Assembly: GCA_977030845.1 (NCBI GenBank)
Contig: OZ365113.1
Location: 17,856,001 to 17,920,000 of the forward strand
DNA length: 64,000 nucleotides
DNA from: Fimbriosthenelais zetlandica
Lineage: Eukaryota
Direction of reading: 5' to 3'
Of this stretch, positions 55,301 to 64,000 are shown one piece after another. The translations under genes were made by a program, and so were the position numbers. Position 1 is the stretch's first letter. Every line of letters starts with the position of its first letter. Below the pieces are notes generated by a model. That model made no database searches. It saw nothing but the letters and a program-made list of their open reading frames with translations, and was not told the DNA's origin.

Positions 55301-55635
55301 TGATTTACCTTAGATTTACATGTATTTGAATGTCCATGCTTGTATTTTGTAGGAACATGTTGAAGCTAGGGTCTTCCAAGATATGGCCGGACGCCCTGGA
55401 GGAAGTGACAGGAACCAGAACAATGTCCGCCACATCACTGCTGAAATATTTCGAAAAGTTACATGATTGGCTGAAAAAAGAGAACGAAGGACATGATGTC
55501 ACTTGGGAGGAGAACTGCCCTGAGGGCAGTATTATAAGCCCTACCAGTTCTGCTACATTGACAAGTCCCTTGTCTTTTACAGTATTAGTTTTCTGCTTTC
55601 TATTTACTCTATTGAAAGGTGCCCGAGGCATCTAA
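49301..55635 (+). CDS. ACE: Angiotensin-converting enzyme-like peptidyl-dipeptidase (peptidase M2), single catalytic domain, 647 aa
   Basis: Exons 49301-49507, 50951-51109, 51254-51353, 51503-51646, 52040-52231, 52358-52455, 52575-52744, [53009-53133 or 53206-53330], 53516-53614, 53757-53901, 54091-54189, 55103-55225, 55353-55635; 1944 nt in frame. Signal peptide plus ACE motifs [74 protein letters not shown]. Confidence 0.97.
53009..53133 (+). CDS. ACE: ACE active-site exon, copy A ([41 protein letters not shown])
   Basis: Acceptor GTCAACAG|G, donor CAG|GTACAT, 125 nt, phase 2 to phase 1, intact HEMGH. Confidence 0.9.
53206..53330 (+). CDS. ACE: ACE active-site exon, copy B ([41 protein letters not shown])
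   Basis: Acceptor after pyrimidine tract TCCCTTTTCTTTG...CAATAG|G, donor CAG|GTAAAA, 125 nt, phase 2 to phase 1, intact HEMGH. Confidence 0.9.
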
Positions 55636-57122
55636 AAAAAGGCGATTTTTTATCCATTCAATTTGGAGAGTTTTTATATTTCTAGTTATGATATCAAGTA
55701 AGAAATATGTCTTCCATGTTCTAAATTCTGCTTGAATTCTCAGGATTACTCTGAAATTTAATGCCGAAATTGGGGTTAAAATGTTGATTGCGTGGATTAT
55801 GTCCAGTCGTATAACTTACAATATATGAGGGCTATAATTAGAGTATTGGAATGTTGTCCCAGTGAAGTATCAGTCTTCACCCCAAAAATGGTACAGAAAT
55901 TAGTTTTGTAAAATCTACCTTTTTATGAGCATTTTGTCCCATATACACGTTAAACCTACCTGCATGCAGTGCTCTACAATTAATGACCGATTTGGCGCGT
56001 CTGACCACAAGGTATTATGATCTCTATAGTTCTATATGAAGACTGTCAAAGAAAATGAAGTCATAAACTGTATCAAGAGATAATAATAGGCAGGTAGATT
56101 TGATTTGTATACACAGGAGACTATACACTATTTTTTTTATATAGATTAGACTAATGATCTCTGACTGGCTCGTTCTAGTAATTTGGCATAGAAAATCGTA
56201 TTTCAGCCATGACCTAATTGGTAAAACAGTTTTAAAAAATCATTTATTTTATTCTGAATGGCGGGTTTTCTATAGTAAAACTCAGGGTTAGACTTATGAC
56301 ATATCACTCAAATAAAATTTTAATCTTCAGAGATGAAACTGACAAATTTATGTATTTTTCTGTCTCGGTCTCGAGACGTTTATTTCTTTTCTACATAACT
56401 GTGCAGTATACTCTGATAAATTACTCCTGCTGATGGGCAATAATAGGAAACTAAGGATGATATTAATGATGGACGAGGACTAGAAATATTGTAAACCGTC
56501 CTATTGCACATTGGACTTAGTACTAAACCCTAATTACCGGTAGGTGAGATTCCAACGAAGATAAATGAATAAGTGTGGATAACACTAACATTCTACGAAG
56601 ACATTCAGCATAATTGGAAGCCCGTTACTTATCACAATGTCAGAGGAAAGAAATGAAAAAAAAACATTCATAATGGTGTATGTCGACCTCGACGTCAATA
56701 GGTATCATTGAAAAATCATTAGCAAAGGCACTAATATCATGAAATAAGCAAGAACTTGAGTGAACAAGATATTGAAGATAAATATAAATCAAAGGTCTCA
56801 TCTATACAAGACAATAATATATAAATGTTTTACTATGACTAGGTGTCGTGAATCCCAGACTTAATCAACTAATTAAGAACAATTTATTCCTTTCGGAAAA
56901 AACTTAAAAGTAAATGAACCACAACGCTATGAAATATAGGCCTATCAGTCATTCGAAAGCTACATTAGATTTGCACATATTAGAGACTGTCATGTGTTAA
57001 TCAGTAGCTCAGTGCTGGCGTGACTAATAGCTCTACCTTTGAAACATTGAACTTAACTTAAGATAATATTTTCTTGAATCTAGATTTACCGGCAGTTTAA
57101 TTTAGTTCAATTTCCTATAGAT

Positions 57123-60100
57123 CTATAGAGGGTAGTTCGTGATGTATGAAGAAGGTTCGGCACTAGAGGAGCGAAGAACTTCCGGTACGTAATTTAACTG
57201 AAATGAAAATGAATAAAATCATCATTGTATTCATTTAGAATACCTGATATTAAGATTCAAGTTATGATATTGGTTGTAATATAATTTTTATAATGCAATT
57301 TTCTATTACCGAGTCCGAAGTTATTGGTGATTCACCAGTTTGCTGAAATATACAAGGGAAATAACTGCATACATGCTTCCGGTAGGAATGAGTTAAAAAA
57401 ATAACTATAGAAAAATCTTCAGAAATGTATAATAAAGGAATGATATATTACAACACATTATAAACTTACAAAGCCATGGAGCTCTACGTCCTCGGTCTGT
57501 GAGGATTAGAAACGAAACATTCATAAAAGAACAACTGTAATCAAACAACTACTATAATTATTGTGTGGGGAGAAATTGGGTGTCCCAGGAGCATTCGAGT
57601 GTAATACGGCCTAAGAAGGAGATGGGAACGGTTGTGACAGTTGTTAAATTTCCTTAATGAGCTTACTCAACCCACATTTAACCACTCATAACAGTTAATA
57701 GTTACCAAGTGATATGATATTTTATTGATGTGAAGGGCTTAGCCATTTATCTAATGACCAAGCATGATATCCACGATAAGGTTGTCCTGATTCTACATAT
57801 TAAAGATACATATAGAATATCTTGTAAACACGACCACTTACAAAGACAATTTTCATCCGCTGAATTTGGTGACGAATCCACTTGTAGACAGCATTTCCAG
57901 TCAGATAAACAAGAGCCAAAATCAATATGGCCAAAGCGAATGCTGACGTAGGTGGTAAGTCATCTAGAAGGCAAAATTGATAGGTTATTTTATTATTTGT
58001 ACTTTCTAATGGTAATCTGGAAATATTGGAATTACTTTTTTCATAAAACCTGAGCTCACCTGATCTTATGGCAGTAAAGATGATCATCCACACCTGTAGT
58101 AGAATGCCTCCAGCCAGAACAAAGTTCACTGCGCGAGCATGCACCTCTCCACCAAGCCGCACCTTCTTAGATACAAAGAAAATATTGTGGCGGTCCACAA
58201 CATGTTTCATGACAAGATATACCAAGCCTGAAAAAGTGAAACAGAATATATTTTAAAAAAATGGATTTATTTACACATGTATACTACGTATAGCATTTTG
58301 TCGGAAATATAGGTCTACGCCACTATTGCATTCAACCAAAATAATGACTTACCAAACGGTACTATGATTGGACATATGATGCTGTAGGACATCACCATTC
58401 CAAAAACAACTCCCACCCATGCATACTGTTGTCCGTATGGAAAAGGTGAGCCTTCAGTCTGAAAAGAAAGACAAATTCTAGGATTCTTAGATCAAATGAT
58501 TGCAGTATGAGATTGAAATAAATACACTATGATGAAGACAGACAACAGACCTTCCTGATGAGCTGTCTTTCAGCTGGAGAACTGGCAAAGAGAAGTTTAA
58601 TGGTGAAGACGAGAAGATCTCCAACTCTCAAAAGCTGTAGACCTGTCCCCATGAAGGCTGACGTTATGACATAATTTACAAAAAAGGCTCCATTATCCGG
58701 TAGGAAGACACAACTAGACAATAAAAAATAATTCCTCTATAGACAGATGTTCTATGTGTGCTGAAGGTTCATGATCACTTTGAAAAGCAGACAACCAAAT
58801 TAAAAAAATAATTATGCGAAAGGAAGTGTAATATTATGCTTACTTCCATCTGAAGTCTTTCACCGTGCCCTTTTGTTCTGAGAGCCACATCAACATTGCC
58901 TTTGCACTGAAAATACAAAGTATATATCCGTTGATCGAATCGAAAGAGAGATTAAAGAAGACAAAGTCCTAAGACAATAGAATCTAATACAGCCATGCTA
59001 AAGCCTTTAATATAATGTTTCTAGAAGAAAAAAATCTAAATCCTGTTGCAACAGGTCTTGACTTTCTTGATACAATGATGATGTAATAACATACCTGGTT
59101 AGACCTAGAGAGGGCAGGACGAGGGCCATGAGGAGGAGTAGGGCATAAGTCTTCTGCATGATGAGCTTCTCCTCAATGGTCCTCCGCCAATGTCCGATGA
59201 GCAGTTCGGAGAAGTAGACTAGGAGGGGCAGTAGACAGGAGAAAACACTGAGCAGGAGGACAGGGATGACATTCACGATGAGTGGACTCTGTAACCAGAC
59301 CAGACAGACATTAATCATTCTCCATCCAAAAGGTGATTATTTTTGTTGTTAAAATCTTTAATGATTCTGCTATAATATTATACCTTCAAGCCGGAGAGAG
59401 CATCTTTGTAGCGCCACTCATCGAGGAGATTCATAAAGACAGCAGGCGTGGTAAAGATGAAGAGGAAGAAGAGGAGGCCTACGTTGAGTAAAGCAGCTTT
59501 GATCCACCACCAAATATCGATAGCTGATAAATTATGCCTGCCGAAAATAAAAATAAAAACTGTCACTACCGATGCCTGCCAACCCCTGGCTCTTTACCTT
59601 TAAAATGAATAAGGCTCAATTGAAACAAATAATATATTTCATGGAAGATTATTGTGAAAGACTTACCAGTAGATATCATCACAGGGAGGAGAATAGTAGA
59701 CAATCCAGTTAGAATCATCTAATTTAGATTGAGGGCAGCATCTGGCTCGACATACGCATCGCATTCTCCACACTTTATTAAAGTAGTTATATACCCTATC
59801 AAATATATCAAAGGCACTTTATCAATATATTATATGGGAAATACGGAATGTGGAATTCATACTATAATTATAGCACCGGATATTACTAGATAATACAGAG
59901 TTATAGTACCTGATTGCCATGTTTTCGGTATAGAATGAAAGGAATACGATGTCTAACGGGGCCTTCAGGGCCTTCTTCACATACTTCTGATAGCGTTCTG
60001 TATGTTCTTCTTCCAGTTTGTTACATTTTACTATTGTGTCCATCTGTAAGGGACAGTACAAGAACTTTAGGTTACATATTCTTCCTACTAGAAATGTGGA

Positions 60101-62756
60101 GCTATCTGTAAATCTACAAAAGGCACTATATAGCATACAGGTATAATTATTTCATAAACAGATTTTAACAGAATCATTCGAGCATGACTAGTTATATACC
60201 ATTTGGCATTGTCTGCAGCAGCAGCAGAAACAAGCACAGGGATAAGGTTTGCTCATGTCGGGCTTCCCAATCCGAGCATTCATTTCCTCAGCTTCCACTC
60301 TCACGAGTCGGACATAATTTCTGAAAGATGAAGACGAACTCATCTATGTATCCCCTCAACATTGAAATAGAAATGTTTAGAGAAATCGAAATAATTACGG
60401 GAAAAAAACATTATTTTATTCACCTTTTTTGGTGAACGCTGTTCAGGTTCTTCACATCATATGCATAGTTAATCGCTTCGACCTTAACTTCGTCAAAATG
60501 CTCTCTGATGGGTAATAAAAATATAGATAATATTCTTGAAATAGTCTTATATTATTCTTGAAATATTATTGATTACTTTAATTTTCTAATGGAAAATAAA
60601 CGATGAAAAACGACCAAATAGCATGGAAAACGTGTAATCTATTACTTTGTTGATAAATTACAAATTTGCAAACTAATTCAGATACATAACCTACCTAAAA
60701 TATTGGTAAATATCATGATGAGTCACTACTTTGGTCGGGACGTGAGAAATTAGCAGGGTTTTATTCGTCTGGAAGGACAAGAGTCATTATTACCAAGATT
60801 AATCATATCTAAATCCGTATGTATATAAGGTAAATCTGTTATTGACGTATTTGATTGACTGATATTGAGGTGAGGTATACATTAAACTTTGATACATTAC
60901 CAATTGTTGCTTTCTGGCTTTGACATAGCGTCTTGTAAATATTTTCATCGCAATCACTATCACAACCAAAAAAATGGCAGCCATGACAACATGCAGCCAT
61001 ATCACATCTGAACTGAAAACCAAAATGATTTTATATATTTTGATAGCATTTATCCATTGTGCATAGAGATACGCTTCAATCAGCCGCTTCCAGGATGCAG
61101 ACTGCAGTCTATCTCAAAGCATTGCAAGGCCATACACAAGTCCATAAATAATTATTATGCACAGAGGATTCTGGCATATTCTGTAAATAAAAGAGAATGA
61201 ATTTTAGTACTTACTCTCCGTCAACATTTGCGATGGTGGTTTTACCAAAATCAGATACTGAAAAAAAAGAGTTCACCAATACATTTATGGGGTAACAGTA
61301 ACATAAAACAAAGGAGAGGCAAGTTATTCAAGGTGTTTCAAAGATCAAAAGGTCATCGATTATACTTGCGTCCTTTAGAACATATTTTTTTCTACTTTTC
61401 TGAGATATGATCTTTACTAAGCAGATTTACTATACATTATGATTACCAATATTGTCCATGTGGTTCACTGGTAGAACCACACAGCATGAGATGATACCAG
61501 CTCCTAATGTTAATAACATCAGGTAGCGCTGAAAGCGGAGGTAGATCACTGCATCCCAGCCACATTGCTGTGAGATATCCTCATCCCTGTAATAGAAAAA
61601 AAAGAAATATCAAAAATAGATCATGTTGAATATAAGTCCAAATTTTGAAGGAACAAATATAGCATTTATTGGAAAATAGAGAAGTAAATACGTAAATTGA
61701 ATTCAAGATTAGAGTTATTCATTTAACCTAATTTAGAGTAGGTAAAGATAAATGGCATCATAATATACTGACGTTTTCATAAATAATTCGGGAATCCATC
61801 CAACAATATCCCGAACGTGATCGAATATTTGATAGACAATCTCGTCTGCGTCTGTAGCATCACTGTAGTGCAATATAGAAATAATATTTATTGAAAAATC
61901 ATTCGGTTCAAATCGATGCGAGTATGTAATATATACACAAGGAAAGCGATACCCCCAAGCTTCTACTTACCGTTTTTCTTGGTAAATTCGAAACCATCGA
62001 ACTACCAGAAATATAGCTAACATAATCTGCAATGATTAAAAAGAAAATTAGAAAGAATTCCCCAATGTTACACTATGAACCATAGGATTAGAGGACTGGA
62101 CGGACGAACAGCATAGTATTTTTCAGGCAATGCCTGTTTACACAGCTGATACAAATAAGCCCCAGGGGGTCCACTTTCCACCAGGTATTTTTTCAACAGT
62201 GTCCCTATTGGGAATAACTTTAGATAAAGCATAGAACCGAGATGAATAGCAATAATAATCCCATATCATTGCTCTTTTCTGTTTCATCCTGGAACATCAC
62301 AAAACAATACATTTCTCTAGAGCTTATTAAAAATATACACGTATTAAAAAAGCATGGGGATTGAGGCACAAATAGATTTTTTTCACTAAACGAAACCTAC
62401 ATGGTCGGGAGCTACAAGCTCAATCTCTTATCTTTGAAAGGTCTATTCAGTAAAAATGAAGAGTTGAAAGAGGCCAACAGAAAGGCACTTATTAATTCCT
62501 GACCCTGGTGACATTTGGGCGTAACACTTAAGACTTTTAATTCCCTTAAGATTAAAGGTAATATAATCCATCGAGAATACGAGAATATTTTGTGGATATT
62601 TATACTCAATATACTTACCAACCATACTATAATATTCAGGACAATGTTCTCGGGAATTCCTCCGAAGCCGCTGTAAAAATACACAGTTTGATTCTGACCA
62701 GAATCTACTGTATACCGCCTCACACATTCCAAATTGTCCTCAGTGCCATTGGCCAT
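57123..62756 (-). CDS. TMEM63: TMEM63/CSC1-like (OSCA family) mechanosensitive or osmosensitive cation channel, 729 aa
   Basis: 20 coding exons: 62756-62619, 62026-61971, 61862-61773, 61586-61447, 61257-61215, 61012-60901, 60768-60695, 60504-60424, 60320-60200, 60043-59910, 59795-59667, 59537-59384, 59288-59095, 58906-58844, 58713-58551, 58458-58353, 58227-58060, 57963-57842, 57496-57470, 57197-57123; 2190 nt, all phases consistent. Motifs [90 protein letters not shown]. Confidence 0.95.
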
Positions 62757-64000
62757 GGTATCTGTAGACTGTATCTTATCTGTATAAAAAGAAAATCATA
62801 AGGCATTTTTTGCAACTTACATACTGCTACTTGCTTGACTATTTGAACTGTACCAGACGCTAGCTAAGTTAGAGCTATTCTCACCCATCCATTAAAAACT
62901 ACACCCAAACATCCGCCATTATTAACCAGGGCAAAGTTTTTTTAGTCAGAAGAAAGAGAAGATTACTGCCGCAGCCTATATACAGAGGCTCTCAGTCTAT
63001 AAATCTACAAGAGCTAAATAGTTTTCTAGCTTATAATATTATACAAATATCTGAGAGATACTTTGCTACTTAATATAATTTTAATTTTTCCCTTTATATA
63101 ATTTAATAAAAAATATTTAAAAAGCACGCTAATAGTATACAGAGCATTTTCTTACTGACAAGCGATATCAATACCTGCCATAACCAAATCCTTGAGTACA
63201 TGCAATTTACCGTTAATCTATGTTACTCCATCAGATCTATAGTCGGCTCATCTATATAGCTCACTACATCTAAGGCCGTATAAAAAGCATCCATAGCAAA
63301 CCAGAAGGTACAACACAGACATTTTAAACCATCTATGATACAAACCTTGAACTGTAATATAGATTCACGGATCACCATCCACTGGTAACATGTGCTGGGT
63401 GGATCATCTCCGACCTATGCATGAGTACAACTATTCCGGCCAGGTATTTGAGGTCAGTATTATAGATATTTACCGTATACTCGTGCCTCATCCATGCACT
63501 CAGTGTGTATGTGCCAGACCACAACCTCCCTCTCCACCTTGGAGTTTCTTTTAACCCCGTTTACACTACCCGTCCTAGATCTGAATACACCCCACTGACA
63601 AACTATGTAGTTTCCATCACAGGCTGCGTGTGTAACATGGCCACAGTGGTTCGTTATATTTCTCATCTATTTTCAGAGTTTTCCTTCTGAGCCTATTATG
63701 AAGATGTATCAATAAATGAACAATGCTAATATGAACATGGTATAAATCCATCCCATAGACCTCCAGGCAGTCCTCCACTCAACTTGTTTTTGTCTCCTCA
63801 GCAATTATTTTTTCATCTCTTCAAGGAAAGGAAAAGATTGGCTAATTTCTTTAGTGTAAATTCTGTATATTTATATGTAGCTCCCATATATTGCATGCCC
63901 AGATTTATACGTGACATTTTGAAAACACCCGATACTGTATTTGTTTGCACCTATATGTGTGTACACTCTCATGAACATAGTTAAAAATGAACCGATCTCT

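Noticed and set aside
1-64000. Prokaryotic defence system, CRISPR array, operon or phage
   Set aside because: Genes have spliceosomal introns and animal homologues; there is no repeat-spacer array or gene-dense intronless block.

Overview
Intron-containing animal genomic DNA, probably a marine invertebrate (inferred from gene content and intron style). It is AT-rich, with no prokaryotic features, rRNA, intact tRNA or CRISPR array. Three genes could be spliced by hand end to end with GT-AG introns and consistent phases: (1) a 4-exon metabotropic-glutamate-receptor-like class C GPCR (44320-47696, minus, 898 aa); (2) a single-domain angiotensin-converting enzyme, peptidase M2 (49301-55635, plus, 647 aa); (3) a 20-coding-exon TMEM63/CSC1 OSCA-family channel (57123-62756, minus, 729 aa). 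A small orphan single-pass membrane protein lies at 17233-17718. The standout feature is in ACE: the exon carrying the catalytic HEMGH zinc motif occurs as two tandem, intact 125-nt copies (53009-53133 and 53206-53330) that cannot both be kept in frame. One copy carries the S2-subsite residues typical of the vertebrate ACE C-domain (Phe, acidic) and the other those of the N-domain (Tyr, Arg). A one-domain enzyme may therefore switch between N-like and C-like active sites by mutually exclusive splicing. Regions 1-12 kb and 18.5-44 kb have no identifiable coding genes, only SINE remnants, promoter-like motifs and speculative spliced units. All alignments were done by eye; no database search was run.
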